Below are positions 1-9,369 of a stretch of 64,000 nt of DNA, piece by piece. Position 1 is the first letter of the stretch. Every line of letters begins with the position of its first letter. Source of the stretch: Nonlabens sp. Hel1_33_55 (lineage in GTDB: Bacteria > Bacteroidota > Bacteroidia > Flavobacteriales > Flavobacteriaceae); contig NZ_LT627735.1 in the NCBI RefSeq assembly GCF_900101765.1, positions 2,331,344-2,395,343 on the forward strand. Reading direction: 5' to 3'. The notes beneath the pieces were generated by a model, which had not been told where the DNA came from, ran no database searches, and saw nothing but the letters and a program-made list of their open reading frames with translations. The position numbers and the translations under genes are program-made.

Positions 1-696
1 ATCAATTTTAATTTCCTCTGCGGGTTGCAGATGGAACAATTTTCTAAAAATATAAACACCAGCATAGAGCAATGGTGTATCAAATAAGGCAACCAGCACT
101 TTAAAGAAAAAACCAGCACCTAATAACGGCCAGAATTTATCCCAAGGTAGTATGCCAGCGTAACATAGCAATAATAGTACCGCCATCGTATCTACAAACT
201 GTGAGAAAAAAGTACTGAGGTTGTTACGCAACCAGAGCATTTTACCTTTAGTAACGCGTTTCCAAAAATGGTAGATCTGGATATCGACAAATTGTGCAAA
301 CAGATAAGCCAGCATGCTGGAAATTACCGCCAGCGTTGTCGCACCAAAAACCCTATTGAAAACACCATCCTGTATCGCGCTTTCTGGAATCGCTGGTGCC
401 ATGTCTGCCACATAAATAATTCCTAAACTAAAAACCGATGCAAAAATTCCAGCCAGTACCAGGTCGTTTGCCTTGCGCCTACCATAGATCTCACTGACTA
501 AATCTGTAATCAAAAAAGTGATGGGATAAGGCAGCAAACCAACTGATATCTCAAACCTGAACCACCCAAACGGGTTCCAAAAAAAGAACTTCTGGAAAAT
601 CAAGTTAGAAACTACCAAAGAACAAATAAATAGACTCGCCAGCACTAAATAAATACGGTGCGCCAGTCGTAAATCCTTGCCTGTGAGCTGTTTCAT
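1..696 (-). CDS. yhhQ: Queuosine precursor transporter YhhQ/DUF165 family (C-terminus runs off window edge)
   Basis: Minus-strand ORF starting with ATG at 696 and open to position 1 (232 codons); not in the ORF track because it is truncated. My translation, MKQLTGKDLRLAHRIYLVLASLFICSLVVSNL...ITFLITDLVSEIYG, resembles E. coli YhhQ. It is a multi-TM protein. Confidence 0.6.
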   Translation of the reverse strand, partial: MKQLTGKDLRLAHRIYLVLASLFICSLVVSNLIFQKFFFWNPFGWFRFEISVGLLPYPITFLITDLVSEIYGRRKANDLVLAGIFASVFSLGIIYVADMAPAIPESAIQDGVFNRVFGATTLAVISSMLAYLFAQFVDIQIYHFWKRVTKGKMLWLRNNLSTFFSQFVDTMAVLLLLCYAGILPWDKFWPLLGAGFFFKVLVALFDTPLLYAGVYIFRKLFHLQPAEEIKID

Positions 697-780
697 ATAG
701 ATGCAAAAGTACCAAAGCAGTTCCCCATTATTCCTTAATTTGCTGCAAAAGTAATAACCATCACGCTACACCATAATCAT

Positions 781-1968
781 AAGATTTTCATTGCTTTAGG
801 AAGTAATCTGGGCGACAGGTTTGAGAACCTTTGCACGGCGGTTGACTATATTGAGCAACAACTTGGGCTCATCATAAAGGTCGCGCCAGTCTATGAGGTT
901 CCTGCGATGGGTTTTGACGGTGATGATTTTTTGAATAGTTGTATTCTGGTTCACACGGCTAAAACTCCAACCGAATCCCTAGAGATCCTTCAAGGCATTG
1001 AACAATCCATGGGCCGGCAGCCAAAAACTGGAAAAGACTATGAAAATAGGGTGATCGACCTAGATATATTGCTGTTTGATGACTTGATCCTTAATGAGGA
1101 TCGATTGATAATACCGCATCCGCACATGGTCGATCGCGATTTTGTTATGAAGCCGTTAAGCGTTATTGCCGCTGATGTTGAGCATCCAGTTTTGAAGAAA
1201 TCCATTGCGTCGCTTGGCTTTTCAAAGGAGCTGGAACATGTGGTTGAGGAAAGTGGAATATCGCTTTCGCGAAAGGTAACTTCAGAAGAGGCCATTGTAG
1301 AATCCGAAGAGAGTTTAAATAGCAACCTACTTGCGCTGAACAGATTTCCTATTGATAAACTTAACTTCATAGCGATTGAAGGGAATATAGGTTCTGGTAA
1401 AACCAGTCTGGCACATAAAATAAGCGAGGATTTTAAAGGGAAATGTGTTTTGGAACGTTTTGCTGACAATCCGTTTTTGCCGCTGTTCTATGAAGATAAG
1501 GAGCGTTACAGCTTCCCGCTAGAGATGTCTTTTCTTGCAGATCGCTACCAGCAACTAAGCGATGATGTGGCGCAACACGATCTATTTGCCAACTTCACAG
1601 TAGCCGATTATTACGTGATAAAGTCCTTGATATTTAGCAAGATCACTTTACAAGCGGAAGAGTACGCGCTCTACAAGCGACTTTTCAATATGATGTATAA
1701 AGAACTTGTCAAACCAGATCTTTACGTTTACCTATATCAAACTGAAAAGCGACTGCTTGAAAACATCAAAACACGTGGACGCGACTATGAACAAAATATT
1801 GAGGCGAGTTATTTGGCTCAAATTCAGCAAGGCTATTCAGACTTTATAAGATCACAGAAAGATCTCAAAATTAAAGTCATCGACGTGACTGATCTGGACT
1901 TTGTGAATAATCAGGCAGATTATATTAAGGTGTTAGAGCAGATTAGTGCTGCTATCGCAACGGACTGA
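781..1968 (+). CDS. folK: Bifunctional 6-hydroxymethyl-7,8-dihydropterin pyrophosphokinase (HPPK) / deoxynucleoside kinase fusion
   Basis: The frame is open from 739. HPPK homology (KIFIALGSNLGDR...IIPHPHMVDRDFVMKPL) begins near 781, upstream of the first ATG at 907, and there is no ATG/GTG/TTG in-frame between 739 and 907, so the start is probably ATT/ATC/ATA. The C-terminal half (IAIEGNIGSGKTSLA P-loop ... DRY ...) is a dNK-family deoxynucleoside kinase, joined by a linker of about 45 aa in the same frame. Confidence 0.6.
   Translation, partial: KIFIALGSNLGDRFENLCTAVDYIEQQLGLIIKVAPVYEVPAMGFDGDDFLNSCILVHTAKTPTESLEILQGIEQSMGRQPKTGKDYENRVIDLDILLFDDLILNEDRLIIPHPHMVDRDFVMKPLSVIAADVEHPVLKKSIASLGFSKELEHVVEESGISLSRKVTSEEAIVESEESLNSNLLALNRFPIDKLNFIAIEGNIGSGKTSLAHKISEDFKGKCVLERFADNPFLPLFYEDKERYSFPLEMSFLADRYQQLSDDVAQHDLFANFTVADYYVIKSLIFSKITLQAEEYALYKRLFNMMYKELVKPDLYVYLYQTEKRLLENIKTRGRDYEQNIEASYLAQIQQGYSDFIRSQKDLKIKVIDVTDLDFVNNQADYIKVLEQISAAIATD
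1262..1277. repeat. 16-bp palindrome, 15/16 copy in the folK-dNK linker (LSRK)
   Basis: CGCTTTCGCGAAAGGT. Confidence 0.8.
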
Positions 1969-2497
1969 TCTTATTGAAGATATCATAGATTACAATCCCT
2001 GCACAAACGGCAATATTCAAGCTATGCTTGGTGCCGAATTGGTCCAACTCAATTACTTCTTTACAAACATCTACCACTTCCTGCTGTACGCCTTTGACCT
2101 CATTACCTAGAACAATAGCTACTTTTTCATTTTTTGAAGGTGAGAAATGAAAGAGATTTTGGGAGCGCTCTGCTTGCTCGATGGCGCATGTCGTGTAACC
2201 ATTCTGATTTAGTTTATGGACCACATCAATAGTTTCTTCCGCATATTCCCATGCGACAGATTCTGTAGCACCTAGCGCGGTTTTGCGTATCTCACGATGT
2301 GGTGGTTGCGCTGTTATACCGCATAAGTAGATTTTCTCAACACGATAGGCATCTGCACTGCGAAAAACGCTACCCACATTATTCAAACTACGGACATTGT
2401 CTAGAACGATGATGAGTGGTGTTTTTTCGCTTTCGCGAAAGCGGTCTGGTGACAATCTATCCAGCTCGTCGTTCAGAAGTTTTCTGGTTTCAGACAA
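1952..2497 (-). CDS. SpoU/TrmH-family RNA 2'-O-methyltransferase
   Basis: 181 aa with SpoU methylase motifs (LIIVLDNVRSLNNVGSVFRSADA ... IVLGNEVKGV ... LNIAVCAGIVIY). Confidence 0.7.
   Translation of the reverse strand: MSETRKLLNDELDRLSPDRFRESEKTPLIIVLDNVRSLNNVGSVFRSADAYRVEKIYLCGITAQPPHREIRKTALGATESVAWEYAEETIDVVHKLNQNGYTTCAIEQAERSQNLFHFSPSKNEKVAIVLGNEVKGVQQEVVDVCKEVIELDQFGTKHSLNIAVCAGIVIYDIFNKISPLR
2428..2443. repeat. 16-bp palindrome CGCTTTCGCGAAAGCG (perfect), in the SpoU CDS (encodes RFRES)
   Basis: Exact match read from the sequence. Confidence 0.95.
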
Positions 2498-2508
2498 AAT
2501 GATACGTC

Positions 2509-3513
2509 TTATAGATTGACAGCAGGACAGTTACAACTCCAGCGATCCTTAGTACATAAGAAATCGATCCCAAGAGTGATCTGGTGGAAACCACCACTGG
2601 CAAATTGCACATCACCGAATTGCTGGCTGTAGGTATATCCAACGGTGAAACTGTCAAACTTGGCTCCAATAAATGGTGACAACAAAGAAAGGTTTTGTTG
2701 CTGGATATCAGTTCCATCCTGAAATTCTGCACCTTCAAAACTTTGACGGTAAGAAAGACCCATGTAAAGCGTGGTTCCTTCATTCAGGTCATAAAATGCT
2801 TTTGCATTAAGGTCTACGAATTGCTCCTTAGTACGGTCTGTACGCTGGTACAATACAGATGGCTCAAACTGCCAGTCAGACTTGCGCGGCGCGATTAGGT
2901 AACCAGCGTTCACAACGTAGCGCAGCTGATTTGTACTTTCAAAACCTTCAGAGTAGATCTCGCGGTTTTGGAAAATAGGGTTCTTCAATGTAGCATGGAT
3001 AAAGAAGTCTTTGTATAAGTAAGACATTCCAAAATCAATATTGAAGTAAGAGTCACTGACTAAAACACCTGTGATGATCGGGTCAAAATTTGTTCGATCA
3101 AAATTAGTTTCATCAAGTCTACTCTGCACCAGACCGACATTTGCTCCAAAGGAAAGTCTGTTCAAATCTTCATAGCCACCACCTACTTGCAAGTGGTACG
3201 CATACGATAAGTAAGCGCCAGTCTGTGAGTGGTAACCATTCTTGTCGTTAAATACAATTGCACCTATACCACTATTCTGACCTATGGCAGTATTGAAACT
3301 AAGCGTCTGTAAGTTGGGAGCATCTTCCTGATCAAACCACTGTTGTCTTGCTGTAGCTCTTACCTTACCGCAATTTGCGGCACCTGCCATGGATGGATGT
3401 AATAGATATAAATTATCCATCAAGTAATCCTGATATACGGGAATACCTTCCTGAGCGGCGCTCAAGTTGAAAAAACAGACGAAAGAAAGGAAAAATAAAA
3501 AATGCTTCATCAA
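2509..3513 (-). CDS. Type IX secretion system membrane protein, PorP/SprF family
   Basis: 334 aa with a signal peptide followed by QEGIPVYQDYLMDNLYLLHPSMAGA, matching the PorP/SprF N-terminal Y..N...NP..AG pattern. Beta-rich, with a C-terminal aromatic residue. Confidence 0.55.
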   Translation of the reverse strand: MMKHFLFFLSFVCFFNLSAAQEGIPVYQDYLMDNLYLLHPSMAGAANCGKVRATARQQWFDQEDAPNLQTLSFNTAIGQNSGIGAIVFNDKNGYHSQTGAYLSYAYHLQVGGGYEDLNRLSFGANVGLVQSRLDETNFDRTNFDPIITGVLVSDSYFNIDFGMSYLYKDFFIHATLKNPIFQNREIYSEGFESTNQLRYVVNAGYLIAPRKSDWQFEPSVLYQRTDRTKEQFVDLNAKAFYDLNEGTTLYMGLSYRQSFEGAEFQDGTDIQQQNLSLLSPFIGAKFDSFTVGYTYSQQFGDVQFASGGFHQITLGIDFLCTKDRWSCNCPAVNL

Positions 3514-3716
3514 GTAGATTCTGTAGAAATAACGTCACCTAATTGTAATTGTTTCATTTCAACCATCACATTTAGGACTCTATTTCTATTGGTTCAAATA
3601 TATCATATAATGAGAACAAAACTGCATCAGGTACGATCACCCTTGACGATTGTATTTGACCATTGAGCCATAAATGAATGCATTTGTAATTAACCCTTTT
3701 TGACAACAGATGCCAC

Positions 3717-3724
3717 TATCTTTG
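3717..3724 (+). promoter_or_regulatory. Candidate Bacteroidetes-type -7 promoter box (TAtcTTTG) for the NifU-like gene
   Basis: Matches TAnnTTTG about 20 bp upstream of the ATG at 3745. No convincingly spaced -33 element. Confidence 0.3.
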
Positions 3725-3744
3725 TAAACAGTAAAAATTAAGCT

Positions 3745-4653
3745 ATGAGTACACATACCATTAAAGTTGTTTCCACCTCAAATGAATCCATTGTTAAATT
3801 TGAAAGCAATCAGTTTCTTGTAAAGAACCACAGCTACGAGTTTAAAAATATCGATGAGGCAAAGCCATCGCCGCTGGCACAGCAGTTATTTTATCTGCCG
3901 TTTGTGAAAACCGTATATATAGCTCAGAATTTTATCGCGATTGAACGCTACGATATAGTTGAGTGGAGCGATGTTCAGGATGAAGTGGCGCAACAAATAG
4001 AGCAATATCTCAATGGTGACAAACCATTGCTACCTGAAGAAGGTGAAGTCAAAAAGGTTCCGGTAACTGTTTACGCAGAGGCAACGCCAAATCCTTCGGT
4101 TATGAAATATGTGGCCAACAAAAAATTAACGGTAACTACTCAAGAGTTCAAAACGATTGAGGATACTGAATCTGGTTCGCTTTCGCGAAAGCTGTACTCC
4201 TTTCCTTTTATTAAGGAATTATTTGTCGATGAGAACTACATTTCCGTCACAAAACATGATATCGTGGAATGGCCTGAAATTACCAATGAGATTAGATCAT
4301 TCATTAAAGAATCCATTGAAAACGGAAGTGAAGTAGGTGTTTCAAAATATAGTGCAGGAACATCTAAAGAAAAAGGTGAGGAAATGAGTTTGCCTAAATT
4401 TGAAAACTTAAGCGAGGTTTCCAAAAAGATCGTTGAGATTCTTGATGAATATATCAGACCAGCAGTAGCCAGCGATGGCGGTAATATTGCTTTTGAAAGC
4501 TACAATGAGGAATCACAGGAAGTGAATGTGATATTACAAGGTGCCTGTAGCGGTTGCCCTAGTTCTACAATGACTTTAAAAAACGGTATTGAGACCATGC
4601 TTAAAGAGATGATTCCCGGTAAGATAGAGCGAGTGATTGCTGTTAATGGGTAG
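3745..4653 (+). CDS. NifU/Nfu-family Fe-S cluster assembly protein
   Basis: 302 aa. C-terminal Nfu domain with a CSGC motif (ILQGACSGCPSSTMTLKNGIE), and an N-terminal Nfu_N-like domain. Confidence 0.6.
   Translation: MSTHTIKVVSTSNESIVKFESNQFLVKNHSYEFKNIDEAKPSPLAQQLFYLPFVKTVYIAQNFIAIERYDIVEWSDVQDEVAQQIEQYLNGDKPLLPEEGEVKKVPVTVYAEATPNPSVMKYVANKKLTVTTQEFKTIEDTESGSLSRKLYSFPFIKELFVDENYISVTKHDIVEWPEITNEIRSFIKESIENGSEVGVSKYSAGTSKEKGEEMSLPKFENLSEVSKKIVEILDEYIRPAVASDGGNIAFESYNEESQEVNVILQGACSGCPSSTMTLKNGIETMLKEMIPGKIERVIAVNG
4178..4193. repeat. 16-bp palindrome, 15/16 copy in the NifU-like CDS (LSRK)
   Basis: CGCTTTCGCGAAAGCT. Confidence 0.8.
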
Positions 4654-4714
4654 TTAAATGAACTTGCCTTGGCATGATTTATGTTTAATATTCCTATATA
4701 AAATTCGAGATATT

Positions 4715-5470
4715 ATGAAAACAAAGATCATACTTTTAACTAGTGTAGCAATTTTAGGTTCTTTGATACTTCATGCGCAAACAGCGTCAGGTGCAACGAC
4801 TGGTTTTAGTCAAGGTATAAGTTCCAATGGGGTTCAAGTAGATTTACAAACATTTCAAAATTCACAGTTGACTTCTAAAGATGCCACCGAACCTGTAGGT
4901 GTTGATGGAACTCCTTTCCTTTTTGAAACTTACATGCCTGCAGAAATTTATTTCCTCAATTCTGATCAGGAGCCAATAAGGTATAATTTGAATTATAATA
5001 TTTATGCTGACTTGATGAAAATGTCAGATAGCAACGAGGATACTGGCGAAGTCAAGGCACTTCCTAAAGGAGCAAATTATGAAGTGGTAATGGGCAACAA
5101 AAACTTTAGATATATGAGCTTTGAAGCTGATGGCGAAGTTTTTAATAATTATGTAGAAATTTTAGACGTTTATGAAAATGGCGATGCCTTAGTTTTACGC
5201 CGTTCCCAAGAGATTCAACAAGCTCAATCTTCAGGTTCTACTTATTCAACGCCTAAAAATGCTCGGTTGAAATCAAATGATGTCTTTTATTATATTGACA
5301 GGGATGGCTATGCTTTTGAAATGGAAAATCACAAAAGAAAAGTGATGGATGAAATGTCTGGGGCTGCAGAGAAAAAAGTTAAGAATTACATCAAGGAAAA
5401 TAATATACGCTTTGATGATGATTTACGAGGGTTGAAAGGTGTTGCTAAATATTATAGCAGTATCAAATAA
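4715..5470 (+). CDS. Secreted hypothetical protein, paralog 1 of a tandem triplet
   Basis: Signal peptide MKTKIILLTSVAILGSLILHAQ. Shares the motifs G[TS]PFLF, LNYN..AD.M, YVEILE..EN and C-terminal DLRGLKGVA.YY with the ORFs at 5556 and 6666. Confidence 0.5.
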   Translation: MKTKIILLTSVAILGSLILHAQTASGATTGFSQGISSNGVQVDLQTFQNSQLTSKDATEPVGVDGTPFLFETYMPAEIYFLNSDQEPIRYNLNYNIYADLMKMSDSNEDTGEVKALPKGANYEVVMGNKNFRYMSFEADGEVFNNYVEILDVYENGDALVLRRSQEIQQAQSSGSTYSTPKNARLKSNDVFYYIDRDGYAFEMENHKRKVMDEMSGAAEKKVKNYIKENNIRFDDDLRGLKGVAKYYSSIK

Positions 5471-5555
5471 GTATTGCTCATCGATATTATTTTATTGTAA
5501 TAAATATTAACCAGAGGCGGATCATTTGAGGTTCTTTCCATTAAAATAAACAATT

Positions 5556-6284
5556 ATGAAAAATCTATTAAGTTTAAGTTTTTTGATCCTTTTCGCGAGT
5601 TCTCATGAATTAATTGCCCAAGTTTTTACTAAAGGTCAATTTCCCGCTGGCTCAAGAACAAACACCATCTGGCACTCGGGAAACAATTTAGGGAATTCAA
5701 ACTCAACCTTAAAAGAAATTACAGAGCCAGAAAATATTAATGGTTCTCCTTTTCTTTTTCAAGAAGCTATCAAAGCGCAACTTATATTTAACGATCCTGA
5801 AGAAGATGCGATAGAGCTCAATCTCAATTATAATGCTTTTGCAGATTTTATGAAGATTGTAGATGATACGAAAGCAAATAATGCGGAAATTGAATTACTG
5901 CCAAGAGCATGGAATTTTGATGTGTTAATGGATGGTAAAAGATTCAGATACATAAATTTTACTCATAATAAAGAAGAGATCAATTCTTACGTTGAAATAT
6001 TAGAATCTTTTGAAAATAATAGTTTCTTAGCCTTAAGGAGATCAAAAGAAGTTAGCAATCCTAGTTCAAGTCGAAAAAGTTATACCGATGTCAATAACTT
6101 TTACCTTATTAATGCAAATGGTATAGCTATAAAACTAGAAAACGATGACAAACGAATTCTGAATGATATACCTCAAGATAAAAAGTCAATTCTTTCATCT
6201 TTCATTTCAGATAAGAATGTTGAATTTGATGATACTTATCGAGGAGTGAAAGGAGTCGCTAGATATTACGCAAGTTTGGACTAA
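5556..6284 (+). CDS. Secreted hypothetical protein, paralog 2
   Basis: Signal peptide plus the shared family motifs (see the 4715 feature). Confidence 0.5.
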   Translation: MKNLLSLSFLILFASSHELIAQVFTKGQFPAGSRTNTIWHSGNNLGNSNSTLKEITEPENINGSPFLFQEAIKAQLIFNDPEEDAIELNLNYNAFADFMKIVDDTKANNAEIELLPRAWNFDVLMDGKRFRYINFTHNKEEINSYVEILESFENNSFLALRRSKEVSNPSSSRKSYTDVNNFYLINANGIAIKLENDDKRILNDIPQDKKSILSSFISDKNVEFDDTYRGVKGVARYYASLD

Positions 6285-6300
6285 TTATTTTCTATTAAAT

Positions 6301-6329
6301 AAAAAACCTGCCTAAGGCAGGTTTTTTTG
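6301..6329 (+). terminator. Rho-independent terminator
   Basis: AACCTGCC-TAAG-GGCAGGTT hairpin followed by TTTTTTTG. Confidence 0.6.
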
Positions 6330-6404
6330 TAACTTACTGTTAATCATTGCTTATCTAAGTTTAATTACTTTATCTTAAAGTATAATAATCAAAAATAAAA
6401 TATC

Positions 6405-6605
6405 ATGGCAGTTTTAAAGGTAATAGAAGTATTAGCAAATAGCGAAAAAAGCTGGGAAGATGCAGCACAAAAAGCGGTATCTCATGCAGCAAAAAGCGTA
6501 AAGAATATTAAGTCTGTATACATTAATGAGCAAAGCGCGCATGTGAAGGACGATAAGATAACAGATTACAGAGTTAACGTAAAAATTACCTTTGAAGTAA
6601 ACTAA
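6405..6605 (+). CDS. Dodecin-family flavin-binding protein
   Basis: 66 aa (MAVLKVIEVLANSEKSWEDAAQKAV...KITDYRVNVKITFEV), matching the dodecin pattern V.E..G.S..S.EDA...A......I......V.....Y.V..K..F. Confidence 0.6.
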   Translation: MAVLKVIEVLANSEKSWEDAAQKAVSHAAKSVKNIKSVYINEQSAHVKDDKITDYRVNVKITFEVN

Positions 6606-6665
6606 GAATTATAACTTCATATTATAAAATAGTACTCTAAATTTATTACTATAAAATAATACGAT

Positions 6666-7394
6666 ATGAAAAACATCGAAATCAAAAACATCCTAATATT
6701 TACAATGTTGGTATTGTTTTGTCAATCCCAAATTTGCACCGCACAACTATCAACTCCAATGAATGGCGGTTGGGCGAGCAATATGCATTGGTCAAAAGAG
6801 CCTTTGTTGATTCACATTATTGATCCACAAGATATTAAAGGTAATCCGTATCTCTATAAAGACTTTCAGAAAGCAATTGTAGTTGAGGGAAGTTCAATGA
6901 AAGAAAAAGAATACTCTCTCAATTATAATTTACTCACAGACTTGATGATTTTAGAGTACAATGATGTAAATGATATAAAGTATTTAGAACGCTCTGCGCG
7001 ATATGATATATTAATCGATGGTCGTAGATTTAGATGGATTGAATTTGAGCATGAGAAAGATAAAATAGAGTCCTATGCAGAGATTTTAGAATCCTATCAA
7101 AATGATTCATTTTTGGTGCGATTGCATAAAATTAAGGTTTTGAAACCTGGTGCTTACAATGCTAACCGGTTTTCAACATTCAATCAGTATTATTTAATTT
7201 ATAAAAATGGGAGTTCAATTGAATTAAAAAACAATAAAAAAGAAATAACTGGTGTCATGTCTGAAGAATTTTCAGATGAGGTTAAAGATTATATAGATAC
7301 TAAAAATATAAAATTTGAAAACGATCTTAGAGGTCTCAAAGGAGTTGCGAGGTATTACACTGGACTGACTGACGTAAATTACCTCAACGAATGA
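6666..7394 (+). CDS. Secreted hypothetical protein, paralog 3
   Basis: Signal peptide plus the shared family motifs (GNPYLY, LNYNLLTDLM, YAEILESYQNDSFLV, DLRGLKGVARYY). Confidence 0.5.
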   Translation: MKNIEIKNILIFTMLVLFCQSQICTAQLSTPMNGGWASNMHWSKEPLLIHIIDPQDIKGNPYLYKDFQKAIVVEGSSMKEKEYSLNYNLLTDLMILEYNDVNDIKYLERSARYDILIDGRRFRWIEFEHEKDKIESYAEILESYQNDSFLVRLHKIKVLKPGAYNANRFSTFNQYYLIYKNGSSIELKNNKKEITGVMSEEFSDEVKDYIDTKNIKFENDLRGLKGVARYYTGLTDVNYLNE

Positions 7395-7395
7395 T

Positions 7396-8082
7396 CTAAT
7401 TAGATTTAAACTCTTTCAAATAATAAGGTTCAAAATAGGCGATGTCATTAACGACATCGCTTTTTTTATAGGCTTGAATAGCTAGGTCGCACATCGTTAA
7501 AGCACTTGGCAAACAGTCTATATATATGTTGGTATGATCCTCGTTGAGTTCTTGGAACTTATTAGCACCGGAGCCAATAACAGTTACATTTCCTGCGCTT
7601 AGAAGCTCATCAAAGCTTTCTTCTTCCAAAATTTTAGCAGAGGTATCTACTGTCTTTTCCTGATTTTGAAACACGGCGGTATAAACTTCCATCCTACGAG
7701 CATCGATCATAGGAATAATTGTATTTGTTGGTTTTGGGACTTGCAAAGTAAGAGACTGCAAAGTATCTATAGCAATCAATGGTATGTCTAATGCAAAACA
7801 CAATCCTTTAGCACTAGCAACTCCTATCCGTAATCCTGTATAAGAACCTGGACCTTTACTAATCGCTACGGCATTAAGATCTTTTGTGGTTAGTTGATTG
7901 CGTTCTAATATTTCTTCTATAAATACATGAAGACGCTCACCATGACCATAAGAGTCACTTTGATCCTCTTTGAGATCCAAACAATATTTGATGTTTAATG
8001 AGTTTTCAAAACCAGCTTCAAAAGCAGCAAGTGCTACTGAACAATTAGTAGAAGTGGTTTCCAGACAAAGAATGATAGCCAT
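7396..8082 (-). CDS. tsaB: tRNA threonylcarbamoyladenosine biosynthesis protein TsaB
   Basis: 228 aa; MAIILCLETTSTNCSVALA... is YeaZ/TsaB-like. Confidence 0.75.
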   Translation of the reverse strand: MAIILCLETTSTNCSVALAAFEAGFENSLNIKYCLDLKEDQSDSYGHGERLHVFIEEILERNQLTTKDLNAVAISKGPGSYTGLRIGVASAKGLCFALDIPLIAIDTLQSLTLQVPKPTNTIIPMIDARRMEVYTAVFQNQEKTVDTSAKILEEESFDELLSAGNVTVIGSGANKFQELNEDHTNIYIDCLPSALTMCDLAIQAYKKSDVVNDIAYFEPYYLKEFKSN

Positions 8083-8089
8083 TTAAGAT

Positions 8090-9367
8090 TTATTCAGTCT
8101 CTGTAGGTTTTACGGTATCAGTTGTAGTTTTACTGTTAACCGTTTTGCCGCTTTTGAGCACATCAGTTACGGTGCGATATGGACCCGTGATAACTGTTTC
8201 TCCAGATTTTAATCCTGAAGTAATCACGATATTCTTGTCATCCTGAATTCCCGTTTTTACAACTTTTAATTGTGCTTTTCCGTTTTTTTCTACGAACACA
8301 CATTCAAATTTTTCTGCATTAGCAGAAACCTCAGTCTTTTTGAAAGAACTGGTGGTATCGGTTTTTACTACAATGGCACTAATTGGAACAGCGATAGCAT
8401 CCTTTCTTTCTTTGGTAATAATATCTACTGTGGCGGTCATTCCTGGTTTGAAAGGGCTGTAGTTTTCTGGTTTACCTTCAAGTAAATCTTTATAAGAATC
8501 TGCGACAATTCTAACCTTTACTTTGAAATTCGTCACTTGATCTGCAGTTAAAGTTCCTGTCGCTGTGTTTGCAATTTCAGTTACTTGACCTTCAAATTCT
8601 TTTTTCAAATAAGCATCAACTTCTACAATAGCCTTATCGCCCACATTTATTTTAACAATATCGTTCTCATTAACGTCTACCTCAACTTCCATTTGAGATA
8701 GATCTGCTACTCGTAGCAACTCTGTACCTGCCATTTGCTGAGTCCCGACCACACGCTCTCCTAACTCTACCGCAAGAAGTGAAACTGTACCAGTCATAGG
8801 TGCATAAATACTTGTACGACCTAAATTATCGGCTGCTTCATTTACTGTAGCTGCTGCACTTTGCACATTAAAATAAGCAGATCTTTCTGATGCTTTGGCG
8901 TGATCAAAGTTTGCTAAAGCTGTGTCATATTCGGATTGCGATATCACGCCTTTCTTGAATAATTGTGAACTACGATCAAAATTGGCTTTTGCTTCGGTGA
9001 GGCTGGCTTGAGCCTGTGCATAATTCGATCTAGAATTAGATAAACCTGCTCGCGATCTATTCACGCTGGATTCTAAAAGATCTGGATTAATCATAACAAG
9101 CAATTGACCTTTCTCTACGGCTTCACCTTCCTTGACATTAAGTTCGATGATTTCTCCTGGAACTTCAGGAGAGATACTTACTTCTATCTCTGGTTTGATC
9201 TTACCGGTAGCGCTCACAGTCTCTGTGACGTCCATTTGCTCGACAATCATTGTCTCTACCTTAGTGCCTTCATCAGAAGACCCAATCACGCCCAAAAGGT
9301 TCAAGGCGACAAATCCAACGACCAGTACTCCAACAATAATAAGTGCTATGAGTAATTTTCTATTCAT
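8090..9367 (-). CDS. Efflux transporter periplasmic adaptor subunit (HlyD/MacA family)
   Basis: 425 aa with an N-terminal TM segment, coiled-coil hairpin and barrel domains; part of the efflux operon. Confidence 0.7.
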   Translation of the reverse strand: MNRKLLIALIIVGVLVVGFVALNLLGVIGSSDEGTKVETMIVEQMDVTETVSATGKIKPEIEVSISPEVPGEIIELNVKEGEAVEKGQLLVMINPDLLESSVNRSRAGLSNSRSNYAQAQASLTEAKANFDRSSQLFKKGVISQSEYDTALANFDHAKASERSAYFNVQSAAATVNEAADNLGRTSIYAPMTGTVSLLAVELGERVVGTQQMAGTELLRVADLSQMEVEVDVNENDIVKINVGDKAIVEVDAYLKKEFEGQVTEIANTATGTLTADQVTNFKVKVRIVADSYKDLLEGKPENYSPFKPGMTATVDIITKERKDAIAVPISAIVVKTDTTSSFKKTEVSANAEKFECVFVEKNGKAQLKVVKTGIQDDKNIVITSGLKSGETVITGPYRTVTDVLKSGKTVNSKTTTDTVKPTETE

Positions 9368-9369
9368 GT

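Noticed and set aside
2490-2898. ORFs 2490..2783(-) and 2695..2898(+) overlapping the PorP/SprF gene
   Set aside because: Overlap a longer, better-supported CDS; no homology.
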